From the human T2T-CHM13v2.0 reference genome, Homo sapiens, in assembly GCF_009914755.1 (NCBI RefSeq), contig NC_060929.1: a stretch of DNA of 64,000 bases, one strand, 5' to 3'. The notes under the pieces are model-generated. The model had not been told where the DNA came from. It was given only the letters and a program-made list of their open reading frames with translations, and did not search any database. This document shows, one piece after another, positions 31,251 to 49,792 of this stretch; within the stretch, counting starts at the first letter, position 1, and the number at the start of each line of letters is the position of its first letter. The position numbers were made by a program, and so were the translations under genes.

Positions 31251-31959
31251 TGCAAAGGACACTGCAAACTCATAACCTTGAGTCCAAGATCTCTTTTTTT
31301 TTTTTTTTTTTTAGGGAAGTCAATTGTATGATGTAGCTTGTGACTCCCAGGGTATTGTTCTACTCAAACTGGGGAAAACATGGGGAAAGTTTCTGGATCT
31401 AGACTTCATACACAAGCATCACAGGGGATTTTGAAAGTGATGCAGCATCGTGAAATGAGCATAGGGATCGTTTGGAGTCGAGCGCTTGTTATTTGAAGCT
31501 CCTCCTGTCTATGTGGTGACTCAAGGAGGGGAGAATTTCCCCTTTGTGAGCCAGCTGGACAAGTGTCAGCACTGCTGTCTTTGCAGGCTCTGGCACAGAG
31601 GCGCAGGGCCTGGACTAAAGGGAGTCTCCAGGGTTTGGGGGTCAGACCCAGCTTAACACACATGAAAAGGAGTGATCTTTCTCTTAAGCCATTGAGCCAG
31701 GGTCCCCCTACAGCCCACAGAGCCCTTTCCACCACCTGGCGCAGCATCTGAACCAAACAGAGGGCATGTTTGTTGCACTGCCTGGGGGTTCAGCTCCCAT
31801 CCATACCACAACACAGGACAAGGCCCGGGCTTTGCACAGCACAGTCAAGTGAGCACACTCTCACGATCTGATGCAGTCCTTCTCCCACACCCACCATCCA
31901 ATTTTTTCCTTCACTTCTTTGTCTTTTTTAATATTAGTAATTTTTGTTATTTCTGTTAA

Positions 31960-33440
<1,481 letters not shown>

Positions 33441-33661
33441 TCCCAACAGGGAGGGGCATGAGGGGGCCCCCTGTGGTTGGAAGCATTCTGTCTCAGTGCT
33501 ACTCAAAGTATTGCAATTGCCAGCCACCTTGCCATTCACCCCACTGGCTCCTGGATGATAAGTATAAGGGTGCACCTTTGTCTGAACCCCAGTGCCTAGC
33601 ACAGCCCCCGCCATGTAGAGCAGATCCTCAGTGGACATTTATTCAAAGAATGAGCAAATTG

Positions 33662-34033
<372 letters not shown>

Positions 34034-34297
34034 TTAACAACTGCTCAAAGTTTACTATAAAACAAAGCAGAAAATACATGCTGCAAAGAGAAGCAGAAAT
34101 GAAGGTCTTTCACTAGAATGGGGGATGGGGTGACAAAGAAGCTGTCGGTTCAAGGAAGAGGCCTTCACAAGTACTTGGGGGACTACGGGGGCTTCCCAAA
34201 AGAGATGGTATTGAGCTGAACTTTGAAAGGTGGTTGAGATTATAATAGGCAGAAAATGGCTGAGAAAGGCAACCTGGGCTCAGGGAATGGCTCACCC

Positions 34298-34452
34298 AGT
34301 GGTTCTCAAACTTTAGTGCAACCAAAATCACCTAGAAGACTCATTAAAACAGTTTGCTGAGTCTCATCCCACAGGTTCCAATTCAGGAGGTCTAACAAGT
34401 CCCAGGTGATGCTGATGCTGCTGGTCTGGGGACTATTCTTTAAGAACCCCTA
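34298..34452. mobile_element. MER5A-like hAT-Charlie MITE
   Basis: CAGTGGTTCTCAAACTT...TCTAACAAGTCCCAGGTGATGCTGATGCTGCTGGTC. Confidence 0.75.
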
Positions 34453-35016
34453 GCTTAAGCCAAAGCCAGCCTGTCCAGGCAACTGCATCTCCCTTTGGGC
34501 ACTGTGTTAAGTGAGTGAAGGGCAAGATGAGAAGGAGGTGTGGATGGACAGGTGGAGTGGGCCAGAGCCTGAGACCTTTGGCTACTGTCTGCAGAGTTTA
34601 GGCCTAATTCTGTAGACTTAATTTAGGGCCTCAATAGATGGACATAGTGTAATGACCTGTTCTCTAGGGAAGTCCTACTCCAGGGTTTATAACACCCTCT
34701 ACCTGAAGCTTAAAGCTGTACACACAGGCAGGTGATAAGTTCATACTGAGTTTGGTCCTACAGAGACAAGCCCTGCACTGTCCCCCACAGCATACCTGCC
34801 AGGGGAGACACAGTTTACACTGATAGACTGAAGCAATTGAAGCAAGGCACTATTTTAAATGTGCAACATCAGGATTATTTGTAGCCATGCATGCAGTGGG
34901 GATGGCAAGTGGAAGAGGAATCAGTCAATCTGACCATTCAGGCAAAAGCAGCAGTTTTGGTCTCAATAAAGAGATAATTGGTCTGTTTGTTTGTTTGTTT
35001 GTTTTTTCTCATATCA

Positions 35017-35595
<579 letters not shown>

Positions 35596-36335
35596 TCATC
35601 CTGCCTACTGGCTTTTGGTTACACCTTCAATAAGCTGTACTTACTGAGTATCAACTCTCTGTAAAGTAATCTGCTGGTTGTAGTAGAGACACAAGGATGG
35701 ATCAGCCATGGACCCATCCTCCAGAAACATACAACATAATAAGAGGTAGGTGACATTAAAACACCTACTACCTGATGCCTGTTCCCTCCCTCTGCATCCC
35801 TGGCTTGAGTCTAGCTGCTTCTTCTCCCTAATGCCCTGATGCTGGAGGCTGGGAGCTCTCACTCATTCAGCCTTCACCTCAGCAGGTATCACAGGGGTCC
35901 TGGGCTCACAGGGTGAGTACATCAAGATGTGTGTGGTCTGGTAGGGAGCCTTCCCGCCCCATAGCTGGAGATAGGCCAACTCCTGAGCAGGTGCTCTACA
36001 GCCATCATCCTGCTGCTGGGGCCACAACAATCAACTCTGGGCCGCCGATCCCCAGTCCCCTTGCCGGCTGGGCTCCACACCAGTAGAGGGAACCTGGGGG
36101 CCCCCTTTGCCTCAGCTTATGCTGAACTAGAGGCCTCTGGGGGTCACAGCTGCTGCATGCACGATGATCCACGGGGAGTCAGGATGGGGCTGAGGCAAGT
36201 GCAGTGTCCTGCTGCCTCCCCAAGCACCTCCTTCCTCTCGAAGCTCTGCCTGCCTTTTTCTCAGGGACATGAGAATTGGCTCACTTCCTTCTCACCTCCA
36301 ACTCCCTTTTGCAAGAGAATCATCTAGAATAGAGT

Positions 36336-36930
36336 TGTCGGTCAAACTGTAAAATATTTGAAGACATCTATTCTGAGCCAAATATAAGTAACCAATGGCC
36401 TGTGAGACAGCCCTCAGGAGATCCTGAGAACATGTACCCAAAGTGGTCAGGCCACAATTTGGTTTTATACATTTTAGGGAGACATAGCCATCAATCAATG
36501 CATATAAGATGTACATTGGTTCTGTCCAAAAAGGCAGGACAACTAGGTTGGGGAGTGGGGGTGGTTTCAAGTCATAGATGGATTCAAAAATTTTTCTGAT
36601 TGACAATTGGTTGAAAGAGTTATTATCAATAGAAAGCAACAGAAAGGAATGTCTGGGTTACGATAAGGGGCTATGGGGACCAAGGTTTTATTATGCAGAT
36701 GAGGCCTCCAGGTAGCAGGCTTCAGAGAGAATGGACTGTAAATATCTCTTATCAGTCTTAAAGAGTCAGTAATTCCAAAAGGGAAGAGGGTATAACGAGG
36801 CATGTCTGGCTCCCCCTTCCCATCATGGCCTAAACTAGTTTTTCAGGTTAACTTTGGAATGCCCTTGGCCGAGAGGAGGGGTCTATTCAGACAGCTGGGG
36901 GGTGCCTTGGAATTTTCTTTTTGGTTTACA
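36336..36930 (-). mobile_element. MER4A-type ERV1 solo LTR
   Basis: Minus strand begins TGTAAACCAAAAAGAAAATTCC...CTCGGCCAAGGGCATTCCAAAGTTAACCTGAAAAACTAGTT, matching the MER4A consensus as I recall it. Confidence 0.8.
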
Positions 36931-39289
36931 GAACACAGGCCCAGAAATGAGAACCAGGTTTAGGTCTTGCTCTCCTACTCTCCACTGTGTGACTTGGGCA
37001 AGGCATCTAATCTTTCTAAGCCTCAGTTTTCTCATTTGTAGAATGGAAATAATGCCCTTGCTTACTTCATAGTGTCATTCAGAGGCACAGACGATAGAGA
37101 GGCAAAATTCTTGTCTTTAACTGCCCTGAAGCTTCATGGAGGAGTTGGACAAGTACACACACAATGTGCTGCATACTACACCAGAGGTATGTCTAGGGTG
37201 TGGTAGTAGCAGTGTGGAGGTAAACTAGTTCTGCCAAAAAGAGGAGACTACAAAGCATGGGGCGTGGTGGAAGTAGCCCTCCAGGGCTTTGGACTCTAAT
37301 GTTTCTCAAACAGTAGAGTGTTAACTGTATTAAGTTGTATTTAGTCCCTACAACAAACCTGTGAGATAGGTGTCATCCATTTCACATATGAGCAGCTGAG
37401 GCTCAGAAAGGATCATGCATTGGCCTGGCCTGGTATTTATAGAGCCCCTGTTGAATGCTAAGGGGCGCAAATCTAAGTTCCTTCCTCGTAGCTCACATTC
37501 CACAGGTGAAGTCACTTGCCCAAGACGAGGCTGGAATGTCAGAGCCTGGATTCAAACCCTCATCTGGTGGCCTCCCACCTTACCCTAGAACTCACTAGCC
37601 CTCAGGACATCCTCTTACGGGGAGCATAGACTGTCCCTGCCAGCCCCTGTGGGGAATTTGAGGATTTAGGGAAAAGGCTGGGTCAGGGATAGGACAGGCC
37701 CTGCTATTCCTATGGAACCTTCTGTTTCCTGAGCATTCCCTGGCAGCCCCTCCCCAAAGAGAGATTGAAGGCCTGACCGTGCCAATGTTTTCCCCAGGGA
37801 GGGAGGGCAGGAGAAGCTTCCCCAGGGGATTTCAAGGGAGGATGGAGGTGGTCTCTATTCTGGGGTCAGAGAGTGACACCCTCTTCCTGCTGAGGTGGGG
37901 AATCCCCTTGGATTTCTCTGGGTTTATGGGAGAGGCCTATTGTTTTCGTACTGATCAGGCCCTCAGGGGAGGAAAACTCAAGACCTGGCATGTCATAGGA
38001 CTAAATCAGCCTCTGGCATCTGAGTGGCTCCTTAGGCTTGGGGCTCATTCCTGCCCTCCCATGCCCTCAGCCTCAGGCTGCCATGAGACCCATGGCACTG
38101 CCACTGGGCAGTGACATTTTGTTTTAACCCAAGGAAATAAGAGATTGGCAAACCCCCTTCTCCAAGGAAAAATATACAGGATTGTTTATTAGAGCATTTG
38201 CTGGTAGTAACAATCATAGGAAACAATGTAAATGGCCAATGTTTAGGAATTAAATAAAATATGGTAAAAATCTACATATAATGAAATACTTTTAATGCAG
38301 CCATTTAAACTCATTATGTAGAAGAAAATTAATTTCATGAGAAGAGTGCTTTATAACAGATTTAGTCAAAATTCAGATCATAAAACACAATGTACATGAT
38401 CTCATTTTTAACCCAAGGAAATAAGAAAAAAAATACCTATATATATGCATAGAAGAATGTCTAGAAGGATGCATCCAAAGTTAATTGTAGTTATTTCTGG
38501 GTAGTAGAATGACACGTTTTCTCCTGTTTTCAATATTTCCAAGTTTCCTTCAGTGAAAATGCACGTATTTTGTAATCATGGAGAAAAAGTTCCCATGGTG
38601 TGTATTGGCGAGAGAAGAGGATTGTTTCCTTTTGGCTTTGCACTTAGATGGCCCAAGGCCTTGGCCTTGTTCCCAGAGTGCAGATATTGTAGAAGCCACG
38701 GGGAAGGCTGGGAGCAGCAGAGGAGAGGCCAGCTTGAGGAGAATAAGCTGGGCATCGCTGTCTAGGTGTCATCCTAAATGTCACCTCCCAGAGAGGCACC
38801 TGACCACACAGCCTGGCGAAAGGAGGTCGCTCCCACACTTACTCTGTGTGTTTCACCCCAGCTTACTGTCTTCATAGCACCCATCTGCATCTGAAGTTAC
38901 CTGCCTGCATATCCATTTCCTTGGTGATTATTTATCTCCTGCACAGAAGGCAAGCTATCCAAGAGCAGAGTCCCTTGCTCACTCTGACTTCCCATTAGGA
39001 GAAAGGACCCAAGCCAGATCTTGGTCAACAAGCAACTGAGGACTTGCTCAGCAGCCCCAAGCTATGGGCATTTATCCTAAGGCTACACACAGCAGTGAGA
39101 AAAAGGAAATAACTTCATAGGAATCTAGAAACAGGTGGAGAGCTAGCTTATAGGACCAGACCTGGGTGGTGCTCAGCAAGCTGGAGGACCTGGCCCAGTG
39201 TTAGTAACAACAGCGGCCACGTACAGGTGTTGAGGAAGTACCAGCTTTGTGTTTTCTCTTAAGGTGGAACCAATGTAGGTTAGATCCCT

Positions 39290-41158
<1,869 letters not shown>

Positions 41159-41460
41159 GGACAACTTATTTTTTATACAAGGCCTTGAGACAAAGTGGGA
41201 AGGGCACTGAGGTTTCTGCCAGTATAGGAGCATTAACAGGCCAAATGAGAAAGAAACCCTCTGAGTGGAGAATGCCGCTGGGTGGAAGCTTGTGCCCGTG
41301 TCTGCCCTGGGCCAGCATCCTACCAACTCACACCTCAGCAGCTTTCAAAGAACTCACCACAGATGGGCTCTCATCTTTCAACTTCCATCCAGGCTTGCGT
41401 TGTTCAAAGGCCCACCTTCAGTGCCCTGCTTCAATCATTTACTTTCCTTGTTTTTTGCAG

Positions 41461-41500
41461 GTGCCAGAGTTTGTAGCCTATTGGAGGAAAACACACCAAG
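41461..41500 (+). CDS. C5orf56: Exon 3 (40 nt); putative 126-aa ORF segment 2 (VPEFVAYWRKTHQ-G)
   Basis: Acceptor ctttccttgttttttgcag|GTG and donor AAG|gtaaga; in frame with segment 1. The exon is well supported, its coding status less so. Confidence 0.5.
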
Positions 41501-41515
41501 GTAAGACAACAATAA

Positions 41516-42184
<669 letters not shown>

Positions 42185-44837
42185 TTTTTTTTTTTTTTTT
42201 CTAAAGTAAGACTGGTTTAGTTCAAGAGGTATATACTAAGATCTTTCCAGCATAGGGCTTCTCTGATTCTGTGTTTAATCTCAGTCCAAATTTTGTGAAG
42301 ATCCTCAGCAAATAAATGGATGTGGGAAATGTGTGATTGGGAAAGAGGCAGCTTTTAAAAATGTGTCTGGCCTTTGACCACGCAATTTCACTTTCCAGTA
42401 TTTATTCTAGGAAAATACTCATACTATTGCAAAGTTTATATATAAAGATAGTTATAACTGCATTGTTTATCATTTACAAAAAGAAAACATCTGAAAGCCC
42501 AACAAGACGGAACTGGTTATTCCACATTGGCACATTCATACAAGGGAATGTCATTAGGAAGAATGATGAAGATAAATATTTATTGATGAGAAAGATATTT
42601 GAACATACCATTTTTTTAAAAAAGAAATGGAAAAATCTTACAAACCATTCAAGGAAAGTAGCTTTGGATTCAGCCTGAAGGGTTGAGATCTAGCTTAGTC
42701 TCTTAACCAACTTGGGAACTCAGGCAATTAATGTGATCTCCCTGAACTTGTTTCCTGCCTGTAAACGGGGCACAATAACACCTATCTTGTGAAGTTGGAA
42801 GGATTAAGAGAGATTAACACATCTAAAGGCCTCAGCACAGCCCAGTAGGTGATGATTGCTCAGTAGCTGGGTGCTTAGATGAGACATGGACTGTGATAGT
42901 ATTTTTACCCGTTTATAAGCCTGGAAACATTCTGGAAATTCATACACCAGCAGTGGAGTTTTCTGACTGATAGAATCATGGGTGATTATTAATATTTTCT
43001 TATTTTTCTACAAGGAATATCTCCTGCTTATCTAAGGATGGTATAGTTTAAAAAAAAGTGACAATTTAAAAGGTTAAAAAAAAAAACAGTGCATTTCAGC
43101 AGGTAAGTTTGCTAAGTAGTCCCTGCACAGAGCTCTGGAGAACTGAGAGAGAGGTGGGAAAGAAAGGGAATAGGGAGAACAATGGGTGAAGGAAAAGAGA
43201 AGGGGAGGTCAGACCCCAGGGCTAGTGGCCAAGGAGATGCACCTCGGCGGTAACGCTGGAGCCCCACCAAGCATGTGTTTGTCCTCCCATCCCCTATGAT
43301 TGGCACCTCCCGGGAGAGCTCCAGGTAGGAGATCTTGTAACCCAAGGCTCATCTGTCCCAGCTTCTGATGACAACAAATGTGTGTAGCCTCTTTTAGCTG
43401 CCGAGACAGCCTGACTATGGCACGTCCAGGGAGAGGCCCCGTGGCTCTAGTCCTGGGCCTGACTCATCCACCTTTGGTAAACCCAGCATTTTTTTCCATG
43501 TCCAGAGTAGGAGAGGCAGGGCATCCTGGTGAATTCCCAGAAGTCATCCTAAAAGGATTAGCACCTCTCTTCTTTAGCAGCCCAATAGGATCTATACCCA
43601 AGAGATAGGTCTCCCAAGCAAATACAGGCTGCCAGGAGAGGGAAATGGTGACCACCTAAGGGCTGCCATGCCTGGCTCTCATCCCCACCCTCACCCCACC
43701 AACTGCCTTAGTGGCCAGTGACATCAGGAGGAACCCTTCCATGCTGATGGTGCTTGTGCCCACCTATGCCAGTTCATTGAGCATTCTTAGAGAGGCATGA
43801 CTCTTCTACATAAGCGAATTTTCCAAATTATTAAATTTGATCCCATCACATTGCAGTTTTAAAATTGTACCCTTTTAAATTAATTTCTATTCTATCAAAT
43901 TTATCAAAATAATGCACAAATTCAAAATAGCTGGAAGAGATGATTTTGAATGTTGTCACCACAAAGAAATGACAAGTGTTTAAGGTGATAGATATGCTAA
44001 TTACCCTGATTTGATCATGTCATGCTATATGTATGTCTGGAAACATCACACTGCACTGCATAAATATCTACAATTATTATGTATCCATTAAAAACAAAAT
44101 AAAAAATAATGCATGCATATGGTTTAAATATCAGTTGTACTGAGAAGCCCATAATAAAAATCCCTTCCCCGCCTTTCTCACTCCCCCTCTCTATAGGCTG
44201 CCTCTTTCAACCATTTACTAGTTTCCATTTCTGTTTATACTATTTTTTGATCTACCGATTTTAGGCATTTGTTGACTTCTTGTGATAGATGAGGATTGAA
44301 CTTTCCTACAGAACCATCCCCACTTTTCCTCTCTCCATCCTTCCAATAGGAACATAACACAATCTGTGGTTAACTCAATAGTGAATGTGGACATATTCGT
44401 CACTGCTGAGTTATGTAGCATCTTTGAGTCCTGGAAGATTTTCTTGTATTATTTCTTTAATAATTTTCTTCCCTGTATTTTATCTGTTGGATCATCTGGA
44501 TTAATGTTTTAGTTTCCTTATATTTTCTCTCCTACTTTTCATCTCTTTGCCTTTTTGGTCTACTTTCTTGGGAAACCTTCATTGACTTCATACTCCAACC
44601 CTTCTGTTGATTTTTTTTTTTAATTTTGGCTTTCTTTTTCTAATATCCTAGTACTCATTCTTGTTCTTCCTGTTCTTTTTCAAAAATACCACATTCTTTT
44701 TTATGCATATACTATCTCCATCCTATTCTTCTTGAGGCACTATTTATTTTTCATTTGTCCATTTGTCTTAATAGTCTTCTAGTCTCTATTTTGTTTTTGT
44801 TTCTACCTGGAGGTGGCAGCGGCGGTGGTGGCTGCTT

Positions 44838-44878
44838 CTTGTTGTTGTTGTTGTTGTCGTTGTCGTCATCCTTCTTCT

Positions 44879-44909
<31 letters not shown>

Positions 44910-44945
44910 GTTCTTCTTCTTCCCTCTTCTTTAATCCTTCTTCCT
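44838..44945. repeat. Compound (TGT)n/(TCT)n/(TCC)n trinucleotide repeat
   Basis: Read directly. Confidence 0.92.
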
Positions 44946-45174
44946 TTTTCCTTCTGCTTTCTTTTTCTTCTCCCTCTCTCTGTCTCTCCATCTCTCCTTG
45001 TTGGAGGCTTTCCTTAAATGCCAAATATCTCAGCTATCTGTTGGTATTTATTAATGGAGCAATAAAAGGCTGAACTAAACTCTGCTTGGGGAGAATTTAT
45101 CAACTGGGGTTTCACTACAGGAAGCAAGACAGTCTTTTAGTTAACAAGCCTCCAATGAGCACCTTTTCTCTAGA

Positions 45175-45392
45175 GCTAGGTTTCTTAACCTTGGTACTAG
45201 TGACATGTTGGGCCAAAGAATTCCTTGTTGTCAGAGGCTGTCTCATGCATTGTAGAATGTTTAGCAGCACCAGTGACTTCTGCCTACTAAATGCCAGTAG
45301 TAACCCCCCTCCCAGAGTTGTGATAACCAAAATGTCTGTAAACATTGCCAAATGTCCCCTGGGGGACAAAATCACCCTGTTGAGAACCACCA
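45175..45392. mobile_element. MER20 hAT-Charlie MITE
   Basis: TGCATTGTAGAATGTTTAGCAGCA...CCAAAATGTCTGTAAACATTGCCAAATGTCCCCTGGGGGACAAAATCACCC.GTTGAGAACCAC. Confidence 0.88.
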
Positions 45393-45439
45393 CCCTGAAG
45401 CCATTCAGCTCCTCAATAGAAGCATTCTAACTCCTAGTT

Positions 45440-45945
45440 CTAGTTATTGAACGCTACATAACAAACCACCTCAAAACTTAGTAGCATAAAACAACAACCA
45501 TTTTTTGGGCCACTGTCAAGGAGTCAGAAGGGCAATTCTCTGCTCTACGACGGCTAGGATGACTGGAATGACTCGAGGTGACTGGAATAACTGGGAGTTG
45601 GAACAGCTGGGGCTGAAGGGTCCACTTGTAAGATGGTTGTTCACTTGGCAAAGAGAGCTGGAAGGCTGGGCTCAGTTGGGACTGTTGACCAGAGAGACTA
45701 CACATGATGTCTCCAGCACCATGGCCTGGTCATTGGACCTCTTACGAGGCACCTCAAGTCTCTGGTGTGAGTGTTCTGGCCAGCAAGACAGAAGCTGCAT
45801 GGCTGTGTATGTCCCAGCCTTGGAAGTCACATAGCTCATTTCCACTGTAGTCAGAAATCCACATAGGTTCAAGGAAGGAGACACAGACCCACCTCTCCAT
45901 TGGAGAAATGTCAAAGAATTTGCAACCATCTTTTAAATTCACCAT
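45440..45945 (-). mobile_element. Old MLT1-family LTR
   Basis: TAACAAACCACCTCAAAACTTAGTAGCATAAAACAACAACC...CCTTGGAAGTCACATAGC; boundaries approximate. Confidence 0.7.
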
Positions 45946-46374
45946 ACCCTCATCCAGAGTGATATATACCTGGGGTGGGGCGGGGCAAGGTAAGTGGGTG
46001 GGACATTGAGTCCCACGCTTCATTCTTCAGACTTTTCCCTCACCTCCCTGTTTTCATCCCTGTATTCATCTGCCCTCCCTCCTGCCTGTCTCTCTCCTGT
46101 TCAGTGTCTTTGTCTCCAGCTGTGTGGGGCAGGGTGTGGAGGTGAGACCTGGGGAGGATTTCAACCAGTTTCCTCCATTCATTACCCCCACTGGCTGCTG
46201 TACCTCAGCCCCACCAGCCACAACACCTGGACTCCCCAAGTCTGAGCTCCTCCTGCAGGGTTCCAGGGGTAAAGTGGCTTGCCTCCTGTCAGTGTGCCCC
46301 TCTGCAAGCCCTTCAGAGCCTAGCTTCCTCCATGTCAGTCATTATTCCTCCACCTGCCTCCCAGCTTCCTGTAG

Positions 46375-47063
<689 letters not shown>

Positions 47064-49792
47064 TAGTGGTGCTTCAGGAGAGAAAGGAAACTAGGAGTGT
47101 AAATAACTGATGTGTTGAACTGGAAACCCTGTTGTACCTCTCTTGTATGGATCTATCTCTACATTGTGTTATAGTCTTCCCTGCCCTGTAACAGCTCTGT
47201 GAAGCAGTACAGTGACATTTAACCTTCTGTTGATCATTCAGAGTCCTCCTTATGAAAATACTTGTTTACCTTGGAATTATTAAGCTATTAAGCTATTACC
47301 TTGGAATTATTAAGTAAAGCTATTTGTTCTTCCATAATGAGGACCCCAGTCATTTTGCTGGGATTCTTTAAACCTTTCTTCGTGGCCGCCTCTGTCCCTG
47401 GCTGCCTTTCATCCTATGTATTTGTGGTGAGAGTGCCACATTACAGCACGTTAGCTTCTGATGTACTCTTTTCAAATGGCCAGCCCTGGTGACTCTGCCG
47501 GGCATTGTTTGTTTGCCACCCCCCCACACATCCCTGCTCCAGTTGATTTTCTGCTCTTTCCCACTCCTCCCAGGATTTGACCTTTGTGGATTCCATCAGC
47601 CAGGCTCCAGGTCCCCAAGCTTCCAGTTGGGTTTGGCCAATTGAAGACCCCTCCCCTGACCAGAGGTTGGAGGCTGGGAGGGGAAATGGGAGGTGCTTTA
47701 TCCCCCCAGCTCCCTCCCTTGCCAGGTCTCAGGTCAATAGTGCCTGTGTTTTTCACCCTAAAACCACAGCTCCTGCCGGCAGTCCCCTCCTACAGGTCTC
47801 TCTGGGTTCCAGGAGCCCTCCCACCTCCTCCCTGGGGATTGGTGGTCACAGCTCCCACTGTTGCTGACTGCAGGATGCTTCACCTTTCCTTGAGGGTTTC
47901 TCTTCATCTTGCTCACCCTTGGAAACGGTCCTTTCCTCAGTCTCTCCTGTTACCAGTGGAGTGTGCATTTGTTTCCTGCTGGGACTGTGATCAATACAGC
48001 AACCTTTTCTGATTTGCATCTAAAACAAGGATACTCAAGCAGAGAGGGTATCAACATTTAAAAAAATAAAACAAGAATAAATAGTCCCTGAGTGAGCCCT
48101 GAGAGACTCTCTTAGGCGAGAGTCTGGGTGTGAGCTTTGTGACTTCTCTAGGCTACGCAAGGGCTTTTGTTTGTTCATGTCGATGTTTTTAACTATAATG
48201 CAGATAATAGAGGGCAATAGATTAGTGACTTCTGTACTTACTGGAGTGATTTGAGAAGGAAAATAAGCATGTAAATCAAGGGAAGCCAGGATCACTCACT
48301 CTCCTGGTCCCAGTCAGCCCTCGTTTTTGTTTAATTTGTGTATTTCGAAGCACACATATCTCTAGGGAAGAAAATGAAATCAAGAACTCCTCCTGGCCAC
48401 CGGTTTCCTGAAGCATGAAAAGGAAGCATTTCATAAATGCTTTGTAAAGAAGACAACAGGAAGGGGTAGTGTCACTGGCTGGCAAGAGCTGCTGTTGTGG
48501 TATTTCACAGACAAGGGAGGTGACGTGGCACATGGGGGCTGAGGTCCCAGCCAGAGGCCACACAGGCACAGGCCTCAGAGCCCAGGCCTCCCTCTGGCCT
48601 GTAGACCCTCAGCCCTACTGGACAGGAGGAAAAGGCCTAGGGGACATTGCCCCCATTTCACAGAGAGGAGGCTGAAGCCAGTGAAGCAGAGAGTTGCAGC
48701 TTCAGTGGGGAGACACTGTTATGCCCCGCCTGTCTTATTCATGCTTCTTTTACCTGTAGGGATTTTTTTTTACATGGCTACCCTTGAGTGATAGAGCCTT
48801 CATCAGCTTAGCTTGTCCTCTTGCAGCCTACGCCACTCTGTGCCCTTTAGCCAAGGAAGCCCAGCTGAGGCCCCGCAGCGTCCCTGCCCAGCAGAGCTAC
48901 AGGAGGCCCGAGGCCCCTTCCTGTTCACTCTTGCTCTATAGACGCCACGCTGCAAAGCAGATGTGCAGGGACACCACCTGAAGACCCAGCCTGCAGCTCA
49001 GCCCTACACACTGTGGATGGTGGAGATCCCAGAGGGCCAAGAGAAGCTTATTGAGACTTCTCTGCACTGCCCCTCCCACAGCAGGAGGTTCATGGCCCAT
49101 GCATTTCTGGGAGGGTTGACAGGGCCCAGGTTGTGGAATACCTGTCTGTGAGCCCCATGTCCTGTCTTGTCCCAGCTGCCTGTAGTTTGACAGAGTATGC
49201 TAGAGGTCAGCCATTGCTAGGGAGGCTGCCACTAACCACACAGAGAGGAAGGAAAATTCTCAGCCACAGCACTTAGAGCTGAGCCTGACATGGTCCTCAG
49301 CAAGATGTTGCAAGTTCCTAATCTGAACACAGAGGCCAGGGAGTAAGCATCATCTGGAGCCCAGAGCTGACTGTCATTACCCACAAACATAAACACCCTG
49401 AGTCTGGCCTTCTCCCCACCCTGCCGAGGTTGTCAGAGCCTCAGCACTGGCTCTGCCCTGGGTGGCAGCCCCTGGGAAGCCCAGCTGCCACCTCTCTACA
49501 AATGGCCCTGTAGAAGCTGTGCTCAGTGATCCACTTCCTGGGGGGGGCTGGGCCCACCTTGTTGCCATTACACCCCATTACAAACTGATGCAACCAGCTT
49601 TCAACAGACACTGCCAAGGAAGATACACATTACAACAGCATGCTGCAATACCTCTGCCTGTGCAAGAGACTGACCCACATCCAAAAAATGGACATCTTCC
49701 CACCCCAGTGTCTCACTCCACTGAGCTGGAAGTGGCCTTTGTCAGGACCCTGTGAGGTCTTGAGTGGATCTGCTTTTCCCAAGATATTAAAC

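Noticed and set aside
36336-36930. Possible MER41-type interferon-inducible LTR enhancer
   Set aside because: The sequence matches MER4A rather than MER41, and I saw no tandem GAS sites in it.
43534-43542. Isolated GAS motifs (TTCCCAGAA here; TTCTAGGAA and TTCAAGGAA elsewhere)
   Set aside because: TTCNNNGAA is expected many times by chance in 64 kb; several copies lie in old repeats and they do not cluster.
44813-45073. Poly-Cys/poly-Ser ORF
   Set aside because: Translation of a trinucleotide microsatellite.
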